The translations under genes and the position numbers were made by a program. A stretch of 64,000 bases of DNA from the NCBI RefSeq assembly GCF_009914755.1, contig NC_060929.1. One strand, written 5' to 3'. Positions 17,570 to 30,079 of the stretch are shown here, piece after piece; positions within the stretch are counted from its first letter, which is position 1; the number at the start of each line of letters is the position of its first letter. Origin of the DNA: the human T2T-CHM13v2.0 reference genome, Homo sapiens. The notes under the pieces are model-generated. The model did no database searches. It worked only from the letters and a program-made list of their open reading frames with translations, and was not told where the DNA came from.

Positions 17570-19599
17570 CCCATCTGCTTTCTTACTCTAGGGTCCAGCA
17601 GACAGGAAACATCTGGAATGCCCTCAGCTGGAGTCACTGAAATGAACTAGGGAAAAAACAAAGGAGATTCCAACGTGTGTGTGTGATTCCAACACTATGT
17701 GGCAGGGTGTGCCATGAAGGAACTGTATCATGTTTTAGACTTAAGACGAACGACCACACATAGTGCGTTTTTGGAGAACTTCATCAAGCTTTACAATCTT
17801 TCTTGTTGTTTCTCTCCAATGACCCCCAAAATATCAAACATTATTTTCTTCCCCTGAAGTTTCATTGTTGAGAGAGAAGAAATTACATTTTAAAATTCGT
17901 ATTCTTCACTCAGCATTGCAATATAAGGACGGTTTGCAAGCAGACAGGGAATGGGTGAAAACATATTTTGTGTTTTAATCTTAAGACATACATTTTTATA
18001 CTAAAGTCACATACTACATTTCGATCACAAGCACAGAAATTCTGCTCTTTTTTGCCCCCTCCCACCCTGGGGGAAAAATAGATTCAAATTTTTGGAGACT
18101 TAATTGCCCTAAACTTTCATCTTTATGATGGAAATGACATTTTTCCTGGAAGATGGAACTTGGCCCTTCACTGCTCCATGACTTTCTCGGACTGAGTTGT
18201 GTCCTTGAGGAAGAGGGAGTGGGTAAACTGGAGGAGGGTGGGGGTCCTGAGAAGGAGTGTGGGCAACTGGGAGTTGGATCCTTGGCACACCACGAGCTGG
18301 AGCTGACAGGTAACTGTCGAATCAGAAACCTGTACCAAATTTGCTTTCCTTGACTTGTGCTTCTGGCTTTTTCTTCGTAATTAATTGATATCTGCCCTCT
18401 TTGCTTTTGAATACAATTCTTCCCCTAAGGTTGGCTCTTCCCATCAGTACTGAGAGGAAGGAAAGAAGGGAAGCGGGCTTCTGTTTTTCAGAGTAAGTGG
18501 TGCTCTCTGGGCAGCTGAGAATGACAGCCACTCCCAATCAGGAAGACCGCGGGGACAGGGAGAGATCCAGGGAATCAGAGGGGATGTTCCTCCAGAGTCT
18601 TGCACACCTGGAGACAGCTCTTACCGGGGAGTCCTCTTAGCTGAAGTCTTGGAGGGATGTGTCATCTTTCAACATAGGAAGTTATTCTCCTTTATCCCCC
18701 AGTCTGTTCCTTGTGCTACTTCCTTACAAGGGGCCACAGAAGAGAGAAAAGGGGTGATGCCAAAGGAACGCAACAAACCCGGTAAATGCCGCATGTGGGA
18801 TTAAGAATTGAGCACCTCAGTTTAGGTGTGGTTTAGAGAAAGGCAGTGAAGAGAAAAAGATGCCTTCCCCAGGTCTCCAGTGATGCTTCACCTGCTCTCC
18901 ACTGTCAGGTAATGGAGAAGAAACCATGCTGAGGAGTCACAGGACAATTTCAAGATGTGACCATGGCTTCCCAGCTCTGAGAAGCTGCCTCTGACTGATG
19001 ATAGCAGCTGGCAGGAAAATGATCTCCTGGGCAAATAGAGGATGTAAATAAATGTTCAGCATATGCCACTTTGGTTATGAGGCAATGCCTGGTAGGTTTC
19101 ACAATGTAGAGGGAAGTTAGGAGGAGGAGGACCATTTCAGATACCCTTTCTCCTCCAAGAAACCTCGCGTCCTTCCTCCTTTTTGCCTACTGCCCCAGAG
19201 TTATCCCAGAGTGTTCAGACCCACAGGCATAGCCAGACTTTGAGCCCTGGGTTAACTTGCTGTCTTAATCAGTCACTCCTCAGCACATGGTGCCTCCTAT
19301 ATGTAATGTAATGTTCCATGTATGTCTTTTCTCCTTAAGACTGTGAACATAATCAAGCCACGGGTTGCCTCAGAAACTTCCTTTCTCTTCCACTCAACAC
19401 TTAGTCCAGTACCTGGCATTTGGCAGCTTCTCGAAAATACAGCTAAACTGAATTCTAGCTTGGTGTTTGAGATATAAATTCAGTCTCTGATGAGAAAAAG
19501 ACAATGCTCTTGACCTTAGGAAAAAGTTAATTCCTAATTATTCATTTCTGTCAGTACAGGTTGCTCATGGAACTCACAAGGGGCAGCCTAACACGGTAG

Positions 19600-19840
19600 T
19601 TATGCTATGGTTTCTGCACGCAGATGGCCTTGCTGAATTCAGACCTCCTCACACTTTCTCTATGGCCCTGGGTAAGTCACCCATTGGCTTTGGCCTCAGT
19701 TTCCTCCTTCTATAAAACATAGATGATACTATTACTCCTTTCACTGGGTTGCTGAGGCCTTAGTGATGTAATGGATGCAAACTGCTGAAGCGGATGCCTG
19801 GCACAGACTTCACCTTCAATGAATGTAGGCCATCAGTATT
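19600..19840 (+). mobile_element. MIR
   Basis: ggccctgggtaagtcac...ggcctcagtttcctccttctataaaa core. Confidence 0.7.
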
Positions 19841-20051
19841 TATCTGCTGACCATAATGACCTGATCACTATTCCTTCTTCATTCAGGAAGAGCTCCAAGA
19901 CATAGATTTCTCCTGGTGCTTTTTGATTCCATGAGGAGGAAGTATGTGGTAATGGGAAACCAACCCAGCTGTTTCCACTTTGTTCAGTAGCCTTGATTAG
20001 TTACTGAGGGTATCTTGAATCTCAGTCTTCATTCTAAAATGAAGATAATGT

Positions 20052-20441
20052 TGATATGGTTTGGCTGTGTCCCCACCCAAATCTCATCTTGAATTGTAGC
20101 TCCCATAATTCCCACATGTTGTGGGAGGGACCTGGTGGGAGATAACTGAATCATGGGGGCGGTTTCCCCCATACTGTTCTCATGATAGTGAATAAGTCTC
20201 AGGAGATCTGATGGTTTTATAAGGAAAAACCCCTTTCGCTTGGTTCTCATTCTCTCTCTTGCCTGCCGCCATGTAAGAGGTGGCTTTCACCTTCCACCGT
20301 GATTGTGAGGCCTCCCCAGCCACGTGGAACTGTGAGTCCATTAAATCTCTTTTTCTTTATAAATTACCCAGTCTTGAGTATGTCTTTATCAGCAGCATGA
20401 AGGGTATGTCTTTATCAGCAGCATGAAAACAGACTAATACA
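20052..20441 (+). mobile_element. THE1B-like solo LTR with an internal 26-bp tandem duplication
   Basis: Termini tgatatggtttggctgtgtccccacc and agactaataca; TSD aatgt/aatgc. Confidence 0.92.
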
Positions 20442-21359
20442 AATGCTATCTGAGTTATTGGTTGTTGAGGATTAATACTGTATTAAAATACTTTGTGAAA
20501 TGTTGCACAAACCGTTTCATTATTTTTTATTTGGCCTTTTGTATACATAAATGCATTACACACGGACACACCACACACACACACACACACACTCTTTCTC
20601 TCTCTCTTTTGTATACATTAATGTATTACACACAGGCACACCACACACACTTACACACACACACAAACTCTCTCTCCCCCATGCATAACACTACTTCCTC
20701 CCTCAATGGTGCTCAGCAATGCATTTCATTCCTAGATGTATCCAGGTTTTTGCAGACCTGAAACTTGTATAATAATTTTTGGTCCCTCTAAAAAATATAA
20801 AACTACAAATATAAAATCAGGTTTTGTTTTTTATTAAACTGAGATCAGGGACAAGGAACAGTGGTGGGAGGGATTTTGTTCCTTGCAAGAAAGGGGCCAG
20901 GGGTTTCCACTCTCAGTCTAGCCACGTGGCAGCCCACTTGGTTATACCACCCTTTTCTTCCAACCACCTTGTCCTGACACAACTGTGCTCTCGGCAGAGA
21001 GTCTGTTTCTTCCTGGCCACTGTGCTCAGAGTTCAGTCAGCTTCTTTTCCTCCTTTTCCAACATGTTTTGTGCATCCACCTGTTCTCTCCATCTGCTGGG
21101 AATCTCCACGTGTTTCCCACTAGTCTAAGCTCAATGCGGAAAAGAACCGAGTTTAAGAAGCACGTTATCCCAAGTTCCTTGCAGCATGGAGGGTTTATGT
21201 GCTTCCTTGCTTGCTTGCTTGCTGAATGAATGCATCTCGGCATTGCATCCACTGAGCCACCAGGCAGCAGTCTGAGAAATGCCTGTGGTCACTGCGCTTG
21301 CATCTCCCAGTCACCACTCTCACTGCCTTGCTCCCTTCAGAGGTGGTGTCTTACCAGGT

Positions 21360-21600
21360 GCTAATGTAGCTCTTACTACACACAAAACATTGTTCTGAGC
21401 GCCTTTCAAATACAAACTCCTTTCATCTTAAGCACCACCCGACAGGGCAGGTACTATTACCATCTCCGTTTGACAGATGAGGAACCTGGCACAGGAAGCA
21501 TTTAAGTGGATTCCCCAGGATCGCCCCACTGTCAGGAGCAGAGTCAGAATGGGCCTCAGCATCAGGCTCCCAATCCTGGCTTCTAACTGCTGCGCTCTGC
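21360..21600 (-). mobile_element. MIR
   Basis: catctccgtttgacagatgaggaacctggcacag is the reverse core. Confidence 0.7.
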
Positions 21601-21849
21601 CCTTCTCTCTCCCCACCTCCCCACTCCAGTGCCTTTGGTCATGCCACTGCAGCTTTCAGGCCAATACTGGATTAGCCTCTTAGTGTTCTTGTCCCTGCAG
21701 CCATTTCCCCAGGCAGCAATTCCATGTGCCCTCACTGATGTAGGTGGCTCTTGTGTCATTTGTCACATCCTATTGAATTGTTTATGCATCTTGTTCACAC
21801 TCACAGCACCCTCCCTCTCACACGTCCTCCTTATAAAAATGTCCCTCAG

Positions 21850-22545
21850 TGTCTGCTATGAGCCAGGTGCAGACTTAAGTGACAGGGCTGCTACGGGAAA
21901 TAAAAAATTAACAAGGAGCACCTGCCTCTTAATGCACAGTAACAAACTATGTTAAGTGTCAGGAAGGAAAGGTTAAGGATGCCAGGAAGGCTTTTAATAA
22001 ATAACCTGACTTAGATGGGCAGGTGGTGCTGAGGATTAAGAACGTGTTCTTCTCGAGCGCATCTGAGAGATGAGTAGGGTTGGCCAAGTGAGAAACATGG
22101 GAGAATGTCCTAGGCAGAGGGATGGCCCCCGAGGAAGGCCTTGCAGTGGAAACAAGTTTGGCCCATTAAAAGGTATTGCACGGAGGTCTATACAAATGGC
22201 TTACCATATGCAAGAGAAACAGTGATGGGACATGAGGGTAGGCACTAGACCCATCCCAGGTCTTAAGAGAGTTTTTGAAGACTTTATACTTGTTCTTAAA
22301 TGTAACAGGAAGACAGTGAAGAATGTGAGCAGGGGAGTAGCACTCTGATTTCCATAAATGAAGGATTTATATTCTCTTTGCTGTGAGAAGAACTGATTAG
22401 AAGAAAGCAAGACTGAAAGTGCGGAGAAGCCAGTTAGGAGGCTCTGACAATAGAAGAGGCAAGAGATGATGCTGGCTTAGGATGTGCGTGTGGAGGTGCA
22501 GGCTGAAGATAAACAGATTCATGATATATTTTGGGGGGATGTTTG
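21850..22545. mobile_element. L2 fragment
   Basis: Purine-rich motifs (ccagttaggaggct, gaggcaagagatgatg..ggctt) typical of L2. Confidence 0.55.
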
Positions 22546-23551
22546 AAAATACAGTTGTTCTTAAGTATTTGCCATGTGAATTAAAGATTGGTCTATTTGC
22601 TTCACTTATCCCTTCTTTCTTTGCAACAAATTAAAAGTTGCAAGCTGCTTCCATCAAGGCTGTTAGAACATCTTTTGGGACAACTTAGGAAAACAGGCTC
22701 CAGGAGCTATCATGGGGTGGATCCGAGGATGTCTGCTTTTCTATAGCCATTTTCAGTTGAAAAGATACTGAAATCATCTTATCATCCATTCAACTAAGAG
22801 TCAAGTTATTTGTCATTCTGTTGCCTTGGAAACAAAAAGACTTTTGCTTTCTTGATCTGCTGTTTTTTCAAAACTTACAGGTTGACCTTGGGGACTGTTA
22901 TGCAAGGCCCAACTATCTTTAAACTTTATGGATGTGCTTTTATCCACACATATGCATAGGAATGTCTGATGCTTTGATCTTTCACCATGTTGTTGAGTCA
23001 AGATGCCAAAATGCCTCAAAGGTTTGGCTTGCACTGCGTCCAAATGAAAAGGCAGAGAGAATGAAGTGTGATCTTAAATTCATACAATTCAGTGTGCTGT
23101 CCTTAGTGACAACTCCCTCATTCTGCCTCAAAACAGAGGACTGACACCTCTGCTCGCACTGTGCTTCCTTTTTGTGTGTCCCTGCGGGAGCATGCTCATG
23201 GTCTCAGTGCAGGGTTCCTCTCCACAACCTGGGGTTGTTACCAACATCCTAGGGGTGCAGGTTGAAGGGACCTCTGTCTTTCAGAGTGGCCCCCTGAGGT
23301 GGCCATGGGCTTAGTTAAATGAGGCTACTTTGCTCAAAGTGTGATCCCAAAGCCTTTTTTTTTTTCTGAATTACCTTCAGAGTCATTTATCAGTCTCTAA
23401 GAACAAGTTAGTTTTACTGCTATAGTAATTCTTTCCACATCCCATACCCAGAAATGTTTCCATCCCTTCTTTCTCTGCTCCTGAATCAGTGATCAAGTGA
23501 GGGTAGATCAGGCTATGCCTGTGAGATAATATCCAAACCACAAAGGTAGAG

Positions 23552-23553
<2 letters not shown>

Positions 23554-23589
<36 letters not shown>
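23554..23589. repeat. (GT)n microsatellite, ~18 units
   Basis: Read directly from the sequence. Confidence 0.95.
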
Positions 23590-23591
<2 letters not shown>

Positions 23592-24048
23592 ACAAGGGAA
23601 TCGTCACAGGGCGCAATACACAGGGGCACTAGGGGAAGCAACCTGGTAGGAGGAAGCCTTCTATTCTCAGCAGGAGACAGCAAGGCAAGGCCTGCTTTGG
23701 AGACTTCTTGTAAAAATATGACAGGGGCCAAGGGGCTGAAGAAAGTTTCGCTTGCTGAACAATGCCTATATTTTAAAATAACCTCTCACTAGTAATAATT
23801 TGTATCATATTATCTCAGTATCTAAAGGGATCATCTTATGCTCATTTTAACTGGGGCTCATGAAACAATTTTCTATAAGAAAAACTTGGTTTCATAAGAA
23901 AATATTAGTCTAATGATGAAAAAAGTATCAATTATAGAAGATTTTCAAGACAAACGAAACTTATTACTTTTAAGGGCAAACATGCATTATATTAGACTCA
24001 TAGTGCTGCCTGTTAAAAGTCCTGCTTTAGTTACTGCATAATTATTGA

Positions 24049-24414
24049 TTGTTATGGGCTGAATGTTGGTGTCCCTGCTCAAATTCATTGTTGAAATCCT
24101 AATTCCTAAGGGGATGGTGTGAGAAGATGAGGACTTTGGGAGGTGATTAGGTTATGAGAGTAGACCACTCATGAAGGTAGACAGTGCCCTTATAAAACAG
24201 ATCCGAGAGAGTTAGCCATTCTCTTTCCACCATGTGAGGACACAGCAAAGACTGCTGTCCCTGAGCCAGTACACTGGCCCTCACCACACAACGAACGTGC
24301 TGCTGTCTTGCTCTCAGACTTCCCAGCCTCCAGAACTGTGAAAAATAAATTTATCTTGTTTGTAAGGCACCCAGTTTGTGGCATTTTGTTACAGCAGCCC
24401 AACTGGGCTGGGAC
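24049..24414 (+). mobile_element. MLT1A-like solo LTR
   Basis: tgttatgggctgaatg...gacttcccagcctccagaactgtga...gggctgggaca. Confidence 0.85.
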
Positions 24415-24544
24415 AGTGTTTTAAATTGTATGCCTAAGTATGGTCAGCCTCTGCTTAGATTATAATTACTTTTTTTTTTTTTTAAAGCAAGCTATCTATT
24501 CAATTTGCAAACAGGCTCTTAATGTATCACATAGTGATTTAGAA

Positions 24545-24770
24545 ACAAGGCCAGCAAACTTTCTCTGTAAATAACTGGATAGTAAATATTTTAGGCTTTG
24601 GAAACAGTCTCTCACAACTAGCCAGCTCTGCTGTTACAGTGCTGCAAAAGCAGCCATAGAATAACAAATAGCATGGCAATAAAACTTTATTTACAAAAAA
24701 AACAACAACAACCAAAAACACAGGTTGTGGGCCAGATTTGTCCAGCAGTCTGTAGCTTGCCAATCCTGAT
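24545..24770. mobile_element. MER58A-like hAT MITE
   Basis: cagcaaactttctctgtaaa...gatagtaaatattttaggctttg...gggccagatttg. Confidence 0.8.
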
Positions 24771-25016
24771 TTGGGGAAAGTAGTGGGTTCACTTCCCCTA
24801 ACGTTCCACTAATCACAAACTCAAAATTAGTGATGAACTACACAAAACTTGAAGTCTATTAATTGTTTAAATGTGTTTTGGTTTGATTTTTTATTTTTAA
24901 ACATAAACTTACCTTCGTTCAGGGCAAAAGTAATCAGAAGCAATGAATACTGATGCAAATCCAGACAACATTTTTAATGGCTTGGACCTTTCCATTCAGA
25001 TGTACCACAGTCTATC

Positions 25017-25381
25017 TGTATTAGTCCTTTCTCATACTGCTATAAAGAACTACCTGAGACTGGGTAATTTATAAAAAAGAGGTTTACTCAGCTCACAGTT
25101 CCACAGAGTATACAGAAAGCATGGCTGGGGAGGCCTCGGCAGAAGGCGAAGGGGAAGCAGGCACGTCTTACATGGTAGGAGCACGAGGAAGAGGGCAAAG
25201 GGGAACGTGGCACACACTTTTAAACAACCAGGTCTTGTGAAAACTCACTCACTGTCATGAGAACAGCAAGGGGGAAATCAAACTTCGTGATCCAATCACC
25301 TCTCACCAGTCCTGTCTTCCAACATTGGGGATTCGAATTTGACATGAGATTTGGGCAGGGACACAAATTGAAACCATATCA
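25017..25381 (-). mobile_element. MSTA-like LTR, inverted relative to the adjoining internal region
   Basis: tgtattagtcc...aaaccatatca, a reverse-complement MST LTR. Confidence 0.9.
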
Positions 25382-26355
25382 TCAGCACCCGCACAGAGTT
25401 CTCAATGGGGCACTGCCTAGTGGAGCTGTGAAAAGAGGGCCACTGTCCTCCAGACCCCAGAATGGTAGATCCACTGATAGCTTGCACTGTGCACCTGGAA
25501 AAGTCACAGGCACTCAACGCCAGCCCATGAAAGCAGCTGAGGGGGCTGTACCCTGCAGAGCCACAGGGGCAGAGCTCCCCAAGGCTTTGGGAGCCCACCC
25601 CTTGTATCAGTGTGGCCTGCATGTGAGACATGGAGTCAAAGGAGATTATTTTGGAGTTTTAAGATTTAATGCCTCCCCTGCTGGGTTGTAAACTTGAATG
25701 GAGCCTGTAGCCCTTTTGTTTAGACTGATTTCTCCCTTTTGAAACAGGTGTATTTACCCAACAGCTGTACCTGCACTGGATCTTGGAAGTAACTAACTTG
25801 GTTCTGATTTTTCAGGCTCATCCATGGAAAGGACTTGCATTGTCTCAGATGAGACTCTGGACTGAGGACTTTTGCGTAAATACTGAAATGAGTTAAGACT
25901 TGGGGGACTGTTGAGAAGGGATGATTGTATTTTGCTATGTGAGAAGGACATGAGATTTGGGAGGGGTCGGGGCAGAATGATATCGTTTGGATTTGTGTCG
26001 TTGCTCAAAATCTTGTGTCAAATTGTAATTCACAGTGTTGGAGGAGGGGCTTGCTGGGAGGTGATTGGATCATGGGGGCAGATTTCCCCCCTGCTTCTCT
26101 AGTGATAATCATTGAGTTCTCATGTGTGGCACCTTCCCCTTTGCCCTCTTCCTTCTTTTCCTGCCATGTAAGATGTGCCTGCTTCCCCTCTGCCTTCTGC
26201 CATTATTGTAAGTTTCCTGGGGCCTCCCCAGCCCTGCTTCCTATACAGCCTGCAGAACTGTGAGCCAATTAAACCTCTTTGCTTTATAAGTTACTCTATC
26301 TCAGGTAGTTTTTTTTTGTTTGTTTGTTTTAGCAATGACAGAATGGACTAATATA
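25382..26355 (+). mobile_element. 3' part of MST internal region (25382-25977) plus 3' LTR (25978-26355)
   Basis: ggggcactgcctagtggagctgtg..ccagaccccagaatggtagatccac is MaLR internal sequence; polypurine tract gggaggggtcggggcagaa is followed by tgatat...gactaatata. Confidence 0.9.
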
Positions 26356-26974
26356 CTATCTACATATGTCTTTATTATTTAACAAGTATTTGGTCCCTTC
26401 CAATGGGCTAGGTCCTGGGCTAGGCAGTGGCTAGGGAGAAATAAATAAAAACAGCCTCTCACAGAGTTCCTGCTCATGGGGTCTGACAGCTTTTAGTGTG
26501 TTGTTCATTACATCCTCAGTGCTGTGCACAGGCCTGGCACCTAGTAGGTGTTCCAGAAAATCCTTGTTGACTGAGAGAACTGCCATATCCTATTTGACAC
26601 AATTAAAGTGAGCCCTTATCTTCCCCTCAAACTTAGTTTCTCCCTCTGCCTTCATCACTTCTATTTATAACTCTGTTCTCTAAGGTCTAAAACCCCAAAG
26701 TCATCTTTTGCGACAGCTCACAGATCTATCCCTTCACTCCATCCTACACGTTAAAATCACTGTAATCTTCCTGCAACTCAGCTCTGATTCTGTCAATCCT
26801 CATTCATAACACCTGGGGAGTTGTCCTTTACCTTCAAAAACAAAGGCCATGCTGTTTCTCAACATGGAAACACCCCGAGGACCCGGATTTACCGACCTCT
26901 CCTCTTTCTCTGCCTTTCCCCAGCGGCATCTCAGTAGATGCCTCTCTCATGTTCCTCCTCCCTGTGAGACATTC

Positions 26975-29270
26975 ACCCTCACACACTCCCCAAGCACTCT
27001 CACCTCACACACACATACACTCTCACATACACACTCCCCATACACCCTCACCCCACATGCACTCACAGTCCCATGTGCCCTTAACCCACACGTACTTACA
27101 CTCATACACTCACTCTCCATGCACCCTCACCTCACACGCAATACACTCACACACACTCCCCATACACCCTCACCCCACATGCACTCACACTCCCTATGCA
27201 CCCTCAACCCACACATACACACACTCTCACACTCTCTCCATGCACCCTCACCCCACACACACAATACACTCACACACACACTCTTACCCCACAGGCACTC
27301 ACGCTCCCCATGCACCCTCAACCCACACATACATACACTCTCACACTCTCTCCATGCACCCTCACCTCACATGCACATACACTGTCACACTCTCTCCATG
27401 AACCCTTACCTCACAGGCACACTCTCACACACTCCCCATACACCCTCACCCCACATGCCCTCACACTTCCCATGCACCCTCAACCCACACATACATAAAC
27501 TCTCACACTCACTCCATGCACCCTCACATGCACATACACTCTCATACCCACTCACCCTCACCCCACATGCCTTCACACTCCCCATACACCCTCAACCCAC
27601 ATGTACATGTACTCTGACATTCTCTCCATGCACCCTCACCTCACATGCACATACACTCTCATACCCACTCACCCTCACCCCACATTCCCTCACACTCCCC
27701 ATACACCCTCAACCCACATGTACATATACTCTCGCACTCTCTCCATGCACCCTCACCTCACATGCACATACACTCTCATACCCACTCACCCTCACCCCAC
27801 ATGCCCTCACACTCCCCATACACCCTCAACCCACATGTACATATGCTCTCACACTCTCTCCATGCACCCTCATCCCACACATACACTCACACACACACTC
27901 TCACCCCACAGGCACTCACACTCCCCATGCACCCTCAACCCACACATACATACTCTCACACACTCCCTCCCCATGCACCCTCACCCCACATGCACTCACA
28001 CTCCCGATATACCCTCAACTCATGTACATATGCTCTCACACACTCACTCTCCATGCACCCTCACCACACACTCCCCATGCACCCTCACCTCACATGCCCA
28101 TATGCTCACACACTCACTCTCCATGCACCCTCACCTCACACACACACACACACTCCCCATACACCCTCAGCCCACACTCACACACACTCCCCATACACCC
28201 TCACCCCACACACTCCCCCGTCCCACTCACACACTCCCCATACACACGCCCACACACACTCCACATACATCCTCGCCCCACACACACACTCACACACACT
28301 TCCTATATACACCTCCCACACACACCCACACACTACCCATATATACACCCCACACACACACTCACCATACACCTTCACCCCACACACACACTCACACACA
28401 CTTCCTATATACACCTCCCACACACACCCACACACTACCCATATATACACCCCACACACACTCACCATACACCTTCACCCCACACACACACTCACACACA
28501 CTTGCCATACACCCTTACCCCATACATTCATAAACACTCCCCATACACACACCCCACACGCACACACACAAACTCCCCATACATCCTCTCCCCCACCACA
28601 CACACACTCCCCATACACCCTCATCCCCCACACTCCCCATACTCACCCCACATACACACTCACACACTCCCCATACAGCCTCACCCCACACTCACACACA
28701 CTCCTCATACATCCTCTCCCCCTACCCCCCCAACACACATACTCCCTGTATTAGTCTGTTTTCATGCTGCTGATAAAGACATACCCAAGACTGGGAAGAA
28801 AAAGGGGTTTAATCGGACTTACAGTTCCACATGGCTGGGGAGGCCTCAGAATCATGGCGGGAGGCGAAAGGCAGTTCTTACATGGCAGCGGCAAGAGAAA
28901 ATGAAGAAGCAAAAGCAGAAACCCCTGATAAGCCCATTAGATCTCATGAGACTTATTCACTATCACGAGAATAGGATGGGAAAGACCGGCCCCCATGATT
29001 CAATTACCTTCTCCTGGGTCCCTCTCACAACATGTGGGAATTCTGGGAGATACAATTCAAGCTGAGATTTGGGTGGGGACACAGCCAAACCATATCACTC
29101 CCCATACACCACCATCCCACATGCACACTCACACACACTCCCCATATACCCTCACCCTCACCACTCCCCATATACCCTCACCCTCACCTCCCACAGTCTT
29201 AAACATTCACACCCACCCCGTGCTCTCACAGAAACATGCTCTTACACAGTCTTTCACACACACTCAAAGC
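26975..29270. repeat. CA-rich degenerate minisatellite with ~117-bp and ~100-bp higher-order units, interrupted by THE1
   Basis: Motifs ccatgcaccctcacc and ccccatacaccctca are reiterated; ccatg anchors at 27626, 27743, 27860 (period 117); cttcctatatac at 28299 and 28401. Confidence 0.92.
28747..29097 (-). mobile_element. THE1 (THE1C-like) solo LTR
   Basis: tgtattagtctg...ccaaaccatatca; perfect TSD ctccc (28742-28746, 29098-29102). Confidence 0.93.
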
Positions 29271-30079
29271 CAGCCATACGTCCCTGGACAACTTGTCCTT
29301 TTCACATATCTGTATATTTTCTAAATGAGATTTTGCTTGTGGCATTTTACCCTTCCAGAATACTTTTATCTCCATTTCAAAACACCATTAAAATCAATTC
29401 AAACTGCACTTCCTCCGTGGAGAATTAGGGGCCTGGAGAATGCCTGTGGTTTGCAGCTCCTTTGGCCCTGAGCACATCCATTGGAGCAGGTCAGAATCTG
29501 AACATTACTCCTCTTTGGTGCAGAAAGGTGACTTTGTTTTTCTCTCTAAACTCCTGTTTGTTCCAGAGCTTCTGTGTGTTTGGACTGACACTTTCCTTCA
29601 ACCCCTTCAGAACCCAGTGACATTCCAGTTAGAGTTGACTTGTACAGATAGGTCTGCTTTTCAACTCCGTCACAAGAAGAGTTGTTGTTCAGATTTCTTC
29701 CTGTCCCTCCTCCTCCTCCCTGAGCAGGATTTGGGGCAGCAGCAGGAAACAGGGCTAGGATCTTATAGGCCTGTGCAGGCTCCCCAGCCTCAGTACGGCT
29801 GCTCAGGGTGCTCAGGGACAAGGTTTTTCCAAGGCTCAGTGACAAGCTTTGCACTTTCTCTGACTTCCAGTCCCGAGATCCTCTTCCAAGTCCCCGACAC
29901 TCTGGGCCCTTCTTCAGAGACCTCTGGGAACAACTGGAATTCCTGCCTGTGAGGTGCAGTGGAAGGGAAGTGGAGGCATTCCTGAGCCCCATTTCACCTG
30001 CTGCCTTTCTCCTCAACCGTGTTGGTGTTGGTGACCTGGCAGGATGGGTCTTCCCGGAATCCTGGGCAGAGAGCAGCCA

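Noticed and set aside
21629-21955. 108-aa hydrophobic ORF resembling a small membrane or secreted protein
   Set aside because: GTG start, lies between MIR and L2 relics, no recognisable family, and the length is within chance expectation.
24907-24916. Consensus-like minus-strand donor AAG|GTAAGT (similar donors near 54885 and 59805)
   Set aside because: No convincing upstream polypyrimidine-AG acceptor at exon distance; such motifs are expected by chance in 64 kb.
26849-29065. 738-aa His/Thr/Pro-rich ORF and overlapping 310- and 369-aa ORFs
   Set aside because: The CA-rich, G-poor repeat rarely forms stop codons, so several frames are open. The ORF runs on into a THE1 LTR and is antisense to the host gene. 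Compositional artefact.
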